Positions 48,798 through 61,573 of a DNA stretch of 64,000 bases are shown here, one piece after another. The notes beneath the pieces are model-generated. The model had not been told where the DNA came from. It was given only the letters and a program-made list of their open reading frames with translations, and did not search any database. Each line of letters begins with the position of its first letter. Positions within the stretch are counted from its first letter, which is position 1. Both the position numbers and the translations under genes were made by a program. Where the stretch lies: contig OZ253450.1 of the NCBI GenBank assembly GCA_965261335.1, positions 2,694,650 through 2,758,649 on the forward strand, written 5' to 3'. Source of the stretch: Candidatus Spongiihabitans sp. (GTDB lineage Bacteria > Pseudomonadota > Gammaproteobacteria > Arenicellales > Poriferihabitantaceae).

Positions 48798-50357
48798 TTA
48801 TTTTCTAAACATGTTTAACATGCGCTGCGTGACTAAAAAGCCACCAGCAATATTGATAGAAGCAATAACGACCGCTACAATGGCTAGTATTGTGCCCATT
48901 GCCGATGAAGAGCTAATTTGCAACAACGCACCAATCACAATGATGCCGCTGATTGCATTGGTCACGCTCATCAAAGGCGTATGCAATGCCGGGGTCACAT
49001 TCCAAACCACCTGCCAGCCCACGAAACAGGCTAACACAAAAACAATAAAGTGATTCATAAAGTCCTGAGGAGCCACCGCGCCTACGCCAAGAATAGCCAG
49101 CACCCCTATAGTTATGCCAATTAATGTTTTAAAAACAGCGTTTTTCGGTTGTGTTTCTGCAACGGCAGGGGGGGGGCTCTTCGCTGTTTTCTTCGTAGGG
49201 GGAGCGACACTCAGCAGGGGTGCTGGCGGAGGCCATGTTATTTTTCCGTTATGTACCACAGTGGTTCCTCTAATCACATCATCGTTCATATCGATATTTG
49301 CGACCCCGTCTTTCTCTGCTGTCAGGTCGCTGAGCAAGTGTCGAACGTTTGCGGCATAAAGTTGACTCGCCTGTGTTGCCATTCGGCTGAGTAAATCGGT
49401 ATAACCAATGATGCTGACCCCGCTTTGTTTGAGTACGCACCCGGGCTCGGTATATTCGCAATTTCCACCCTGTTCCGCCGCTAGATCTACGATGACACTG
49501 CCCGATTTCATGCTATCCACCATCTCTTTGGTGATCAACTTGGGTGCTGGTTTGCCGGGAATCAATGCGGTCGTAATAATGATGTCAATCTCCCGTGCCT
49601 GCTTCGCAAATAGTGCCATTTCAGCGTCAATAAATTCTTGGCTCATTACTTTGGCATAACCACCTTCGCCGCTGCCATCTTCTTTGAAATCGAGTTCAAG
49701 AAATTCAGCGTTCATGCTTTCAATTTGCTCTTTAACTTCAAGGCGGGTGTCAAATGCACGGACTATCGCGCCAAGACTGACTGCTGTGCCAATTGCCGAT
49801 AATCCGGCTACGCCAGCACCTACAACCATGACCTTTGCGGGTGGAATCCTGCCAGCAGCAGTAATTTGACCAGTGAAGAAGCGACTAAAATGTTGGCCAG
49901 CCTCAATGACCGCACGATAGCCAGCAATGTGTGACATCGAAGACAGTGCATCCATTTTCTGTGCTCGGGATATTCTTGGCACCGAATCCATCGCCAGAAC
50001 GGTTGCTTGTGACTGTTCAAGCTGCTGCATCAACGCCGTGTTCTGACTCGGCCAAATAAAACTAATCAAAATTTTATTGGCGGTCAGCCAATCTGCTTCA
50101 TGGATACCAAGCGATTTATGTTGTTCTGGTGGGCGGACTTTGCAAATTAAATCGGCTTGTTGCCATAATTCAGGTGTATCATTGATGATAGTGGCGCCAG
50201 CATCCTGATAATCTTGGTCGCGATATTCGGATACTAATCCAGCCCCTTTTTCGACCATAATGTCATAACCGAGCACGATGATATTTTCAATTTCGGCTGG
50301 TGTGCAAGCAACACGACCTTCGTTGATGTGGATTTCTTTTGGGATACCTATTTTCAT
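48798..50357 (-). CDS. pntA: NAD(P) transhydrogenase subunit alpha
   Basis: [17 protein letters not shown]..., the NAD-binding [15 protein letters not shown], and C-terminal TM helices. Start set at 50357. Confidence 0.9.
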   Translation of the reverse strand: MKIGIPKEIHINEGRVACTPAEIENIIVLGYDIMVEKGAGLVSEYRDQDYQDAGATIINDTPELWQQADLICKVRPPEQHKSLGIHEADWLTANKILISFIWPSQNTALMQQLEQSQATVLAMDSVPRISRAQKMDALSSMSHIAGYRAVIEAGQHFSRFFTGQITAAGRIPPAKVMVVGAGVAGLSAIGTAVSLGAIVRAFDTRLEVKEQIESMNAEFLELDFKEDGSGEGGYAKVMSQEFIDAEMALFAKQAREIDIIITTALIPGKPAPKLITKEMVDSMKSGSVIVDLAAEQGGNCEYTEPGCVLKQSGVSIIGYTDLLSRMATQASQLYAANVRHLLSDLTAEKDGVANIDMNDDVIRGTTVVHNGKITWPPPAPLLSVAPPTKKTAKSPPPAVAETQPKNAVFKTLIGITIGVLAILGVGAVAPQDFMNHFIVFVLACFVGWQVVWNVTPALHTPLMSVTNAISGIIVIGALLQISSSSAMGTILAIVAVVIASINIAGGFLVTQRMLNMFRK

Positions 50358-50709
50358 GTTCCGATTATAAATTGTTTCAATTTGCATTAGTTATCTTTCA
50401 TGGTCGGATTATAACGAATATTGGGTAAATTATTTCTGTGATATGTGTTGTTATCGTTACGGTTTTTGAGCGGGTGTTATGTGATCGGTTTTGGTAGAAT
50501 CAACGGATTATGGGGCATGGAATACATGCATCTGTTGGTTTTGCTGTCAGATTCGAGGTTGCATACTGATACTGGTTGTTTGGGTTGATGTTGGCGGAGC
50601 GAGTTCGGATGATAACCGATTTCGGAATTATTTTTAGTAAATATGTGATTGTGTTTTGCTTTAATCTGATTGAGAATGTCGGATTGTTGTGGAGCGGAAA
50701 AATTAAGCA

Positions 50710-53076
50710 ATGCGAGAAATAACAGACAAGAGCGAGACTCATGTTGGATATAGGGTAGCAGACTCCAGCGGGGTTCCTGTTGCGTCAAGGTTGCAGATAC
50801 TGGAGTATCTGTCCGACAGCAATCGACCGGTTGTGTTTGAGGCGATTTGTGAACACTTTGCTATATCAGAAGTGGACGGAATCAATGCCCTAGCAGCACG
50901 CTTAAAGCGAATGCGTAAAAACGGTTATGTCTTGTTTGACCGCAAAAATCGATACGGCTTGCCCGAAAAAATGGATATTGTGGTTGGTAGGGTGGTCGGA
51001 CATGCAAGAGGGTTCGGGTTTGTCGTGCCCGATAAGTCCAGTGTGCGAGCGGGCGACGATTTGTATTTGCATCACAACCAAATGCGAAAAGTATTGCATG
51101 GCGATCGTGTATTGGCAAAAACAAAAGGTGTTGACAAGCGGGGACGAAAAGAGGGCGTGATTATTGAGGTGTTGATTGAACAACATCGAGAAATTGTCGG
51201 GCATTTTCACCTAAAAAATGGTATGGGATTTGTCGAGCCGGATGATATACGCTTTGCCCGAGACATTAGTATTCCTGTCCATTGCTTTAACGGCGCAAAG
51301 AATGGAGCCATTGTGGTTGCTCGAATATGCGAACACCCCATTGAACGCAAACATACTGTTGGCGAGATTATCGAGGTTGTCGGACGCGACTTGGAGCCGG
51401 GTATGGAAACCGAGATTGCATTGCGAAAACACGAAATACCGCATAGCTGGCCAGACGAAGTGACTATCCATCTGAATCGTATGGCAGTCGGCGATGTGTT
51501 GATTAAGGCGAAGCCTGAGCCGAGTCGTAAAGATATTCGGGATTTGCCATTGGTGACGATTGACGGCAGTGATGCCAAAGATTTCGATGATGCGGTTTAC
51601 TGCGAGCCACTTATTTCTGGACAGCCGTTAGCGGGCTGGCGGTTGCTAGTTGCCATTGCCGATGTAAGTCATTATGTTAAGGCAGATAGTGCAGTGGATA
51701 ACGAGGCATATATGCGTGGTAACTCGGTGTATTTTCCCAATCGGGTTATTCCAATGTTACCCGAGCAGCTATCAAACGGGATTTGCTCGCTTAACCCTGA
51801 TGAAGATCGACACTGTATGGTTTGTGATATGCACATCACAAATCAAGGTGACGTGACAAGTTTTGAATTTTATCCAGCCCTGATGCACTCACAGGCGAGA
51901 CTCACCTATGAAGTGGTCAATGCCATCGTGGTGGACAAAGACGATGCTCAACGGCAGGCATGGACAGCGGTAACACCACATCTTGATCACCTCTATCGAA
52001 TGAGCCTGTGTTTGCGGAAAAAACGTGATATACGCGGCACGATTGAGTTTGAATTTCCAGAGCCATACATCGAATTTAATGCTCAAAAACGTATTAGCCA
52101 CATCTCCGTCCGACAAAGAAATGATGCACACAAACTAATCGAAGAATGTATGCTGGCTGCCAATGTATGTGCGGCAGAATTTCTGCAAGCACACAGAGGC
52201 GACAATGCCATTTATAGAAACCACGATGGACCAAAGGTTGGCTCGCTTGTTGACCTGCGACAGTTTATCAGCGGATTAGGATTTGTGCTGGGCGGAGGCA
52301 ATCAACCTACGGCTAAAGATTATGCCCGTTTAGTCGCTAGTGTTGCTCATCGAGATGATATTGCGGGTGTCGTGCAAACGGTTTTGTTGTATAGTTTGAG
52401 TCAAGCGGTGTATAGCACTGACCAAATAGGTCATTTCGCGCTCGCCTTTCCAGTGTATTGCCACTTCACGTCGCCAATTCGGCGTTATTGTGATTTGGTG
52501 GTACATCGACAAATCAAGCAAATTTTAAGTGAACTTTCAGGTGTTGATACGGTTTCGGGTAAAGATAATCGAAAAACGATGCCACAGGGCAACAGCATAC
52601 ATCAAGTCGGTGAACATTGTTCGTTTACCGAACGCCGTGCTGATGACGCGACTCGAGATGTGATTGCTTGGTTAAAAGCGGAGTTTATGCAGGGAAAAGT
52701 TGGACAGGAATTTGACGGTATTATTTCTGGGGTAAAAGAATTTGGAATATTTGTTCAATTAGATGAGATATTTGTGACTGGTTTGGTGCATGTTACTGGT
52801 CTTGGTAATGATTATTACCATTTTGATCCGGCCTGCTATCAATTGCGAGGTGAGCGTGGCGGTCAGTGTTTCCGACTTGGAGATAGGATCAGGGTGCGAG
52901 TGGTTCGGGTTGAACTCAGTGAAGCAAACGTTGATTTTGACTTGGTTTCGGTCGTCGCTTGCTCGCCGAGTGAAGGTATGACATTTCGCGGAAAGGATAA
53001 AAAGCGTGTCATCAGAGCAACCACCAAAGCCAGTAAACGAACCACAAACAAGCCCAAAAAAAGCAATCGAAAATGA
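50710..53076 (+). CDS. rnr: Ribonuclease R
   Basis: 788 aa with an RNB domain (TIDGSDAKDFDDAVY, HFALAFPVYCHFTSPIRRYCDLVVHR), an S1 domain and a Lys-rich tail. Confidence 0.95.
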   Translation: MREITDKSETHVGYRVADSSGVPVASRLQILEYLSDSNRPVVFEAICEHFAISEVDGINALAARLKRMRKNGYVLFDRKNRYGLPEKMDIVVGRVVGHARGFGFVVPDKSSVRAGDDLYLHHNQMRKVLHGDRVLAKTKGVDKRGRKEGVIIEVLIEQHREIVGHFHLKNGMGFVEPDDIRFARDISIPVHCFNGAKNGAIVVARICEHPIERKHTVGEIIEVVGRDLEPGMETEIALRKHEIPHSWPDEVTIHLNRMAVGDVLIKAKPEPSRKDIRDLPLVTIDGSDAKDFDDAVYCEPLISGQPLAGWRLLVAIADVSHYVKADSAVDNEAYMRGNSVYFPNRVIPMLPEQLSNGICSLNPDEDRHCMVCDMHITNQGDVTSFEFYPALMHSQARLTYEVVNAIVVDKDDAQRQAWTAVTPHLDHLYRMSLCLRKKRDIRGTIEFEFPEPYIEFNAQKRISHISVRQRNDAHKLIEECMLAANVCAAEFLQAHRGDNAIYRNHDGPKVGSLVDLRQFISGLGFVLGGGNQPTAKDYARLVASVAHRDDIAGVVQTVLLYSLSQAVYSTDQIGHFALAFPVYCHFTSPIRRYCDLVVHRQIKQILSELSGVDTVSGKDNRKTMPQGNSIHQVGEHCSFTERRADDATRDVIAWLKAEFMQGKVGQEFDGIISGVKEFGIFVQLDEIFVTGLVHVTGLGNDYYHFDPACYQLRGERGGQCFRLGDRIRVRVVRVELSEANVDFDLVSVVACSPSEGMTFRGKDKKRVIRATTKASKRTTNKPKKSNRK

Positions 53077-53103
53077 CTCCAATTCGCAACGAGTGCCACT
53101 AAA

Positions 53104-53874
53104 ATGGCAATAAAACGTCGGCATAATACCAACCTAGCATATGGGTTCCACGCTGTAGAGGCAGTAATTAGGCAAAGTTGTGAGCAGGTGGTTGAGGTGA
53201 TTATAGCTCGGCAGAGAACAGACCAGAGAACAAAAAATATTATCGCAGTGCTGAATAAAGCTAAAGTCTCCTTTCGGTTTTCCAATAAGGAAGAGGCGGA
53301 CATTACCAGTGATGGTGTCAATAATCAGGGTATTGTTGCCGTTTTGAAGGTGCAATCGCCCATCAAAGGCGAGAAACTAGAACGTGTTTTACAGGGGATT
53401 ACACACGGATTAGTGTTGGTACTTGATCATATTCAGGATCCGCATAATCTGGGAGCTTGCATCAGATCCGCAGAATGTGCTGGTGTTGATGCAGTTATCG
53501 TGCCGCGTGATGGAGCTAGTCCGGTGAATGACACGGTGCGGAAAGTAGCTTCAGGTGCAGTCGAAAATGTCAGTATTGTGTCGGTGACTAATTTAGTCCA
53601 AACCCTAAAAAAACTTCAACAGCTGGAATATTGGATAATTGGAGCTACCGATCAGGGCGATATGACGTTGTATGACTGCGATTTCACAGGCAACATCGCC
53701 TTGGTCATGGGTTCGGAGGGTAAAGGGTTGCGAAGATTAACGGCACAACACTGCGACTATCTAGCACGGATTCCAATGCAGGGTGCCGTATCCAATTTGA
53801 ACGCATCGGTTGCGACCGGCATTTTCTTATTTGAAGCTAGGCGACAAAGGCGGGTAGTTAGAAAGCGCAAATGA
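53104..53874 (+). CDS. rlmB: 23S rRNA (guanosine-2'-O)-methyltransferase RlmB
   Basis: SpoU family (DHIQDPHNLGACIRSAE, VMGSEGKGLR, SLNASVATGIFLFE). Conserved position after rnr. Confidence 0.9.
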   Translation: MAIKRRHNTNLAYGFHAVEAVIRQSCEQVVEVIIARQRTDQRTKNIIAVLNKAKVSFRFSNKEEADITSDGVNNQGIVAVLKVQSPIKGEKLERVLQGITHGLVLVLDHIQDPHNLGACIRSAECAGVDAVIVPRDGASPVNDTVRKVASGAVENVSIVSVTNLVQTLKKLQQLEYWIIGATDQGDMTLYDCDFTGNIALVMGSEGKGLRRLTAQHCDYLARIPMQGAVSNLNASVATGIFLFEARRQRRVVRKRK

Positions 53875-53927
53875 GAATTGGGCAGGATAGCTTGGACAGT
53901 TGGCTTCTCTGTATGTTCGCAACCATA

Positions 53928-55115
53928 TTATTTGGCAAATAACGCCAAATAATTAGCATAGCCTTGAGCGTGTAAATCTTCTTTTTTGATGAATTTTAGA
54001 GCCGCAGAATTGATACAGTAGCGCAGTCCGGTAGGCGGTGGTCCGTCATTAAAAATATGTCCCAAATGAGAGCTGGCGTATTTGCTTTTGACTTCTGTTC
54101 TTGGACGCAATAATTTGAAATCAATGCTTTCGACAATAAAGCCCTTATCAATCGGTTCCCAGAAACTCGGCCAGCCGGTGCCGGAGCGAAATTTAGTGGT
54201 TGATGAAAACAGCGGTTCGCCAGAGACAATATCGACATAGATGCCATGTTCTTTGTTGTCCCAGTATTTGTTCTGAAAAGGCGGTTCTGTGTATTCGTGT
54301 TGTGTGACCTGATATTGCATTTTTGTCAGACTCGTTTTGAGCGTATCATCATCAGGTTTTTTATAGGTTTCATAACGGTGCTGTGTTGGCGAGGATGGAC
54401 TCAATGATGTTTTTTTGGATGACGCTTTTTTGTCCTTGTTAAGCGGGAATTCATCACCCCATATTTTTTCAAGATATTGATCTCGACCGGAGCCATGACG
54501 GTAAATTTTGTACCGTAAGGAGTTATTCTTGTGGTAGTCCTGATGATAATATTCAGCTTCGTAAAACGTATCCACGGGTATGATTTCTATGGATATTGGT
54601 TTGCTATAGCGTTTAGATGCTTGCAATTCATTACGCGATTTTAGCGCGATTTTCTTTTCCGTCTCATTGCCATAGAAAATGACCGGTCGGTATTGGCTGC
54701 CGCGATCGACAAATTGACCATTGGCATCAGTGGGATCAATATCTTTCCAGAATCGATACAGCAAAGCTTCGTAAGAAACTATAGTCGGGTCGTAGAAAAC
54801 TTGTACGGCTTCAGTATGCCCAGTATTCCCCGTGCCGACTTCACGGTAGGTAGGGTTGTGCGTATGACCGCCACTATAACCAGATACCGCTTCGCTGACA
54901 CCCTCCATCTTCTCGAATATGGATTCGATGCACCAAAAGCAACCACCAGCAAAAGTGGCTACGCTTAAGCCCGAAAGATCTGTGTTTTTTGTTGTCGCAG
55001 GGCTGGTTTTGTGCTGCTCGGTACTGGACACGGAACTCACCGCCAATTTGACCAATCCCAGGACAACGGCACCGCAAGCAAGCACTATCAGAGTTCGTTT
55101 TATGGTGTTTTTCAT
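53928..55115 (-). CDS. msrAB: Exported bifunctional methionine sulfoxide reductase MsrA-MsrB
   Basis: Signal peptide, the MsrA active site GGCFWC, and a C-terminal MsrB domain ([16 protein letters not shown]). Confidence 0.9.
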   Translation of the reverse strand: MKNTIKRTLIVLACGAVVLGLVKLAVSSVSSTEQHKTSPATTKNTDLSGLSVATFAGGCFWCIESIFEKMEGVSEAVSGYSGGHTHNPTYREVGTGNTGHTEAVQVFYDPTIVSYEALLYRFWKDIDPTDANGQFVDRGSQYRPVIFYGNETEKKIALKSRNELQASKRYSKPISIEIIPVDTFYEAEYYHQDYHKNNSLRYKIYRHGSGRDQYLEKIWGDEFPLNKDKKASSKKTSLSPSSPTQHRYETYKKPDDDTLKTSLTKMQYQVTQHEYTEPPFQNKYWDNKEHGIYVDIVSGEPLFSSTTKFRSGTGWPSFWEPIDKGFIVESIDFKLLRPRTEVKSKYASSHLGHIFNDGPPPTGLRYCINSAALKFIKKEDLHAQGYANYLALFAK

Positions 55116-55261
55116 GGTATCTATGTATTATGAGTGATGTTAAATAGGTAGAAAATATACAGGGGCAATAGTTCAATATCAAAGCAATTTACAGAGCGGC
55201 ACTAGACTATGGCGATAATGGAATATAGTGGCATTGTCGTCCAAGTGTAGTGCTTTATTAG

Positions 55262-55712
55262 TTGAATTCACATAAGTACAACCACTCGTACTCTTTTAAC
55301 CGACAGAAAAAAGGCGTAAAACATGACGAGATATACCCGTTTGGCTGAACAAGAAAGATACCACATTTACCTCATAAATAAGCAAAATTATACGCAGACA
55401 GAAATCGCTCACCATGGGCAGAAGCAAGTCAACCATCAGCCGTGAAATTAAACGCAATACGAGGAGCATTTCTCTGCCGACCGCAAGTGCGGCTGATACC
55501 ACGCAAAACGAATGCAGAGACGGCGGGACTGAAGTCCCACTTCCGATCCAAACCGTAATTCATGGGAGCGTGGGTTGAATGAAAACCACAACGTTTGCTC
55601 ATGCAATTTTTGTTAAGGCATTTTTTCCAAAGCAACTTATTCTGTACACCAAGCCATCGATTGCAACACAAGGGTTGTATTCGTGAGGTTCTGATAAGTT
55701 GAATTTATACGG
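55262..55712 (+). mobile_element. IS30-like remnant with a large internal deletion
   Basis: Left end TTGAATTCACATAAGTACAACCACTCG, then MTRYTRLAEQERYHIYL..STISREIKRN.. joined directly to ..PYNSWERGLNENHN... The right end is approximate and abuts the Rieske gene stop. Confidence 0.7.
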
Positions 55713-56925
55713 AATTCGCCATATCAGATTGCTCCTCGTGACAGTAACCGGAGCGATATTTTCGCGCTAACCATTGATGGAAATGTAGGGTGAGGGCATC
55801 TTGTACTGGTGAAAATGTGCCGCCGCTGTAACCTGATGAGTATCGCCCTCGTTGCATGCCTTCTACCGATGTAACGTCTTCGCTAAATACTTTTTTCCAA
55901 GCAGTATGGTTGGCGATTCTGGCAGATTCAAATTTGTCATCATTGGCAGATTCGTAGTCGACATAAACGAGTCGTAGGTCCTCGTCTGTTTGGTCGATAT
56001 CGATGGGTTTGATAATCGTCAGGAACAAGTGATTTTCCTGAAAACCAAGAAACAGGTTAGGATAGAATATAGGATATTCTGCACATCCGGTTTGTTCCTT
56101 CGGCCAGTTCTCAAAGTACGAAAAACTCTCGCCTTCGGTTAAGTTTAGATTGAATTTAGTTGTGCGCTGTCCAGCAAAATTTTTGTTAATAACCAGATTA
56201 TAATGATTCTCTAAGGGTGAATATGTATTCAAGCTTGGATGAATCCAAGGCAAATGATACGCCTCGCAAAAATTTTCCATGGCGAGTTTCCAGTTGCAGT
56301 TGACAGACATGGAAACACCACCATGGCTCCCTGCGTATTCGATGTGGTCAAAGCCATGTTCACCGACGAAGCCATGATAGCGATCTAGTAATGGTTTTGT
56401 GTAGTCGTCAAATGCTTCAGCATCGGCGGATAGATTGATAAACAAAACCCCGAGCCAAATATGCGATCGAACCGTTTTTAGTCCGTTGTCTTGCGGGCAA
56501 AATCCGTCGACTTTATGGTTGCCAATACCTCCAATATGTGGTGTTGCACGGAGTTTGCCAGTAAAATCGTAGGTCCAGCTATGGTATGGGCAAATCAACG
56601 TGCCGTTGGTTTTCTTTTGTTCGGTGACCAATATTCTGCCTCGATGACTACACACATTGTGAAAAACGCTAATCTCTCCTTGATCGTCTTTGGCAATGAT
56701 CAGGGGCAGTCCCATAAATTCAATCGGGGTGACCGTATTGTTTGCTTCATAATCGACGCAAAATACTAATGCTGTCCAGCTCGTTCCCAGAACATGGTCA
56801 CGCTCAAAGGTAAAAAATGCCGAGTCGGTGTAAGCGGGGTTGGGCATGCCCGTTGCTGACTCAATATTTTGATCAATAACATCTAACTGCTGAAGGGTGA
56901 TTTTATGAGAGAGCGGTTTGTTCAT
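55705..56925 (-). CDS. Rieske [2Fe-2S] non-heme-iron oxygenase, alpha-subunit type
   Basis: Rieske motif CSHRGRIL...CPYHSW and a mononuclear iron region NFCEAYHLPWIH. 406 aa. No reductase or beta subunit is adjacent. Confidence 0.8.
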   Translation of the reverse strand: MNKPLSHKITLQQLDVIDQNIESATGMPNPAYTDSAFFTFERDHVLGTSWTALVFCVDYEANNTVTPIEFMGLPLIIAKDDQGEISVFHNVCSHRGRILVTEQKKTNGTLICPYHSWTYDFTGKLRATPHIGGIGNHKVDGFCPQDNGLKTVRSHIWLGVLFINLSADAEAFDDYTKPLLDRYHGFVGEHGFDHIEYAGSHGGVSMSVNCNWKLAMENFCEAYHLPWIHPSLNTYSPLENHYNLVINKNFAGQRTTKFNLNLTEGESFSYFENWPKEQTGCAEYPIFYPNLFLGFQENHLFLTIIKPIDIDQTDEDLRLVYVDYESANDDKFESARIANHTAWKKVFSEDVTSVEGMQRGRYSSGYSGGTFSPVQDALTLHFHQWLARKYRSGYCHEEQSDMANSV

Positions 56926-57050
56926 TGCGATCCCGATGGGTTAGGGGAATGTAATCAACAGTTGGGACACAGTAGTCACGTCGTATCAGTGGGCGGATTG
57001 GTCGTATTCGGCAAGACTGCGGGGCAGATATTAAAACGCCTATATTCTCC

Positions 57051-59114
57051 TTATCCGACAATGGTGTTCCAGCCTTCAGCAGGTTTGAAACGAGTGCCGT
57101 AGGTGTCGTGCAATTGTTTTAATCGTTGTAATATCATCGCCGGTTGTTGCTCGGTTATGTAATGAATAGGACCACCTCTAAATGGAGCGAATCCAGTGCC
57201 AAATATCAGTGCTGCATCCAGTTGGGCAGCGTCTTTTGTGATGCCTTCATGCAGACAAGCAATACATTCGTTCAAATAACGAAAAATCAACCGTGCCTCA
57301 ATATCGCGGACTCGGTTATTGCTTGTCCGACTTGATTGCTGTTGATCTTGTTTAGGTTGCCCCTTGTCCCAAGTATAAAATCCACGGCCACTTTTTTTAC
57401 CTAAACATCCGTCATTGACTTTTTGTTTTAGCAATTGGGGAAGTACGCCACCAAAACTCTGGGTCAGATTTTCGCCCACATGAGCGCAAATATCCAAGCC
57501 TACTGTATCCGCCAGTGTAATCGGACCCATGGGCATACCGAAATTAGTGGCGACCTCATCGATGCGCGATGCCGCAACGCCTTCGGTTAGCAATTCTACC
57601 GCTTCCAGAATATAGGGCATCAATACCCGATTAACCAAAAAACCCGGACTACTTTTCACCATAACGGGCAGTCGTCCAATTCGGTTAGCAAACATGGCTG
57701 CACGATTCGCAATTTGAGTCTCGGTGTCTTTGCTGCGGACAATTTCGATGAGTTGCATTTTTGCCACAGGATTGAAAAAATGTAATCCTACCAATCGGCT
57801 CCGCTGTTTCGCATCAATATCCAAAGCGGCACTGATGGTTTCAATCGGAATGCTCGATGTATTGGTCGCCAGCAACGCATCGGGGCGGGCTACTTTTATC
57901 AGCTCCGAAAACACATCAATTTTAGCCGCTACATTTTCGAATATTGCTTCGATGATGACATCTGCACTGCGTGCGCCATTGCCTGCGGGGTCTTGTTGCA
58001 ACCTATCCATGGCACTTTCAATGAGTAATGGCTGCTTTAATTCTCTGGAAAATAGCCGATGGGCACGTTTTGTTGCACGCGCAAGCGCGTCGGTACTGCG
58101 GTCGTGCAATGTTACAGTCAAACCACGCACTACACACCATGCGGCAATGTCACCACCCATTACGCCAGCACCGATGACATGGACATGCTGAAATGTCTCT
58201 GGGCATTTTACTTCGGATTTAGGTCGGTTAATCTTCTTGAGTTGTTGTTGGAGAAAGAAAACCCGGACCAGATTCTTTGATTGGGTTGATGTGATTAATT
58301 TTGCTACGGAGCGCTGTTCGGCATCAAGCATGGCACTACGATTATTGCCATGCGCTTCCCATAATTCGATGGCTGCGTAAGGTGCGGGATAATGTGCTTG
58401 TTTTGCTTTGGCACGCATTTGTTTTTTCAGATACTGTGCCATGATGTATCTAAACGGACGAAAATGGATAACTCGGTTCACCACACTAGCACGTTTTAAC
58501 GGTGGTTTTTTATTGATGATGAACGCTGCCGTACGTTGCAGTTGTCGTTCGGGCACACAAAAATCAATCAACCCCATTTTTCGGGCAACATGAGGAATAA
58601 CCGAGCGTCCACTGAGTATCAAGCTCATCGCAGACGATACCCCGATGGTTTCGATGAGTCTTACGGTGCCACCAAAGCCGGGGTGAATGCCAAGCTTTAC
58701 CTCCGGCAATCCGAGTCTTATTGTCGGCTGATCCATTGCCACACGGTAGTCACAAGCCAGTGCAAGCTCTAATCCGCCACCGAGACAAACGCCGTTTATC
58801 ATTGCCACTGATGGCATGGCTAATGATTCAATTCGGTTTAGAACTTGATGACCAAAATGTATGAATTCGCTTGCTTGTTGTTCGGTTTTCAGCTCTTGAA
58901 ATTCGCTAACATCGGCACCTGCTATAAAACCGTTTGCCTTAGCCGATTTTATAATCAATCCTTTCGGATTATGTTTTTCAATTTCATCTAATGCTTGATC
59001 AAGCTCGGCAATAACCGCATAAGAGAGTACGTTTTGATGCTTTTTTGGAACATCTAGGGTTAGAATACATAGATTGTCAGGCTGTTCAATAATCCAGTTT
59101 TTTAATGTTATCAC
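57051..59114 (-). CDS. Fatty-acid oxidation multifunctional protein (enoyl-CoA hydratase + 3-hydroxyacyl-CoA dehydrogenase; FadB/FadJ-like)
   Basis: 687 aa with an N-terminal crotonase fold (GFIAGADVSEF, GGGLELALACD) and a central NAD Rossmann VHVIGAGVMGGDIA. Confidence 0.9.
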   Translation of the reverse strand: MITLKNWIIEQPDNLCILTLDVPKKHQNVLSYAVIAELDQALDEIEKHNPKGLIIKSAKANGFIAGADVSEFQELKTEQQASEFIHFGHQVLNRIESLAMPSVAMINGVCLGGGLELALACDYRVAMDQPTIRLGLPEVKLGIHPGFGGTVRLIETIGVSSAMSLILSGRSVIPHVARKMGLIDFCVPERQLQRTAAFIINKKPPLKRASVVNRVIHFRPFRYIMAQYLKKQMRAKAKQAHYPAPYAAIELWEAHGNNRSAMLDAEQRSVAKLITSTQSKNLVRVFFLQQQLKKINRPKSEVKCPETFQHVHVIGAGVMGGDIAAWCVVRGLTVTLHDRSTDALARATKRAHRLFSRELKQPLLIESAMDRLQQDPAGNGARSADVIIEAIFENVAAKIDVFSELIKVARPDALLATNTSSIPIETISAALDIDAKQRSRLVGLHFFNPVAKMQLIEIVRSKDTETQIANRAAMFANRIGRLPVMVKSSPGFLVNRVLMPYILEAVELLTEGVAASRIDEVATNFGMPMGPITLADTVGLDICAHVGENLTQSFGGVLPQLLKQKVNDGCLGKKSGRGFYTWDKGQPKQDQQQSSRTSNNRVRDIEARLIFRYLNECIACLHEGITKDAAQLDAALIFGTGFAPFRGGPIHYITEQQPAMILQRLKQLHDTYGTRFKPAEGWNTIVG

Positions 59115-59348
59115 GGCTTATTCTCGTTTTGATGAATAAAAAATGCTCTCCACCGAGACGATATAATTATCCGAATGATAATACAATATTGCCTTGTCAG
59201 AGTACTTTTGTCCGCATTCTATACCGATGAGACAAATCGGGTTGTCTGTGCGAGGTTCTGATGATACTCATAAGGTGTTGCCAAGTCCAATGAATTATGC
59301 CTGTATTCGTTGTAAATGAGACTGACGGGCACCTCTATTAACTATAAT

Positions 59349-59474
59349 GAGAGTTTTGCACGAGAGTTCTTTTGGCTTCTAGTGGTCTTAATTGCTCATT
59401 GATAAGTATAAACTGCCTCATTCCAAGTGCTTTCCTTAGCTAGAAAACAAAATATTGGCTCGTGCAAGGTGAGC
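59349..59474. mobile_element. MITE1 copy F (126 bp)
   Basis: GAGAGTTTTGCACGAGAG...GGCTCGTGCAAGGTGAGC. The interior is collinear with copy B. Confidence 0.8.
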
Positions 59475-59556
59475 ATAGTAAAAGTCTCATGTCTTTCTAA
59501 GCCTAGACAAAACTTGTTCATTGTGTCAAGTGTCCCAAAACGTCCAACGTCCAGAC

Positions 59557-59585
59557 AAAAAAAGGCTCCCAAAGGAGCCTTTTTA
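59557..59585 (-). terminator. Bidirectional Rho-independent terminator serving groEL
   Basis: AAAAAAA-GGCTCC-caaa-GGAGCC-TTTTT, 20 nt downstream of the groEL stop. Confidence 0.75.
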
Positions 59586-59604
59586 GTGCTTTTGAAAGCA
59601 AGGG

Positions 59605-61260
<1,656 letters not shown>

Positions 61261-61282
61261 TCAATAGGTATGTGTAAATAAA

Positions 61283-61573
61283 TTAACTTTCGATAACGCC
61301 CATGATGTCGTCTTCACGCATCACCAGCACTTCTTCGCCTTCAACTTTGACTTCTGTGCCGGAATACTTTCCAAATAGCACTTTATCGCCAACTTTGACA
61401 TCAAGACCACGTTGTTCGCCATTATCGAGCACCTTGCCGTTACCAACTGCCAAGATTTCGCCTTGCATTGGTTTCTCGGTTGCGGAATCGGGAATGACAA
61501 TGCCTCCCGGGCTCGTTCGTTCGTCTTCAACTCTTCGCACGACCACACGATCATGCAACGGACGGATATTCAT
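61283..61573 (-). CDS. groES: Co-chaperonin GroES
   Basis: 96 aa, [14 protein letters not shown].... Confidence 0.98.
   Translation of the reverse strand: MNIRPLHDRVVVRRVEDERTSPGGIVIPDSATEKPMQGEILAVGNGKVLDNGEQRGLDVKVGDKVLFGKYSGTEVKVEGEEVLVMREDDIMGVIES

Noticed and set aside
52863-53321. 152-aa minus-strand ORF spanning the rnr/rlmB junction
   Set aside because: It lies antisense to two well-supported genes and has low-complexity Leu/Ser/Thr content.
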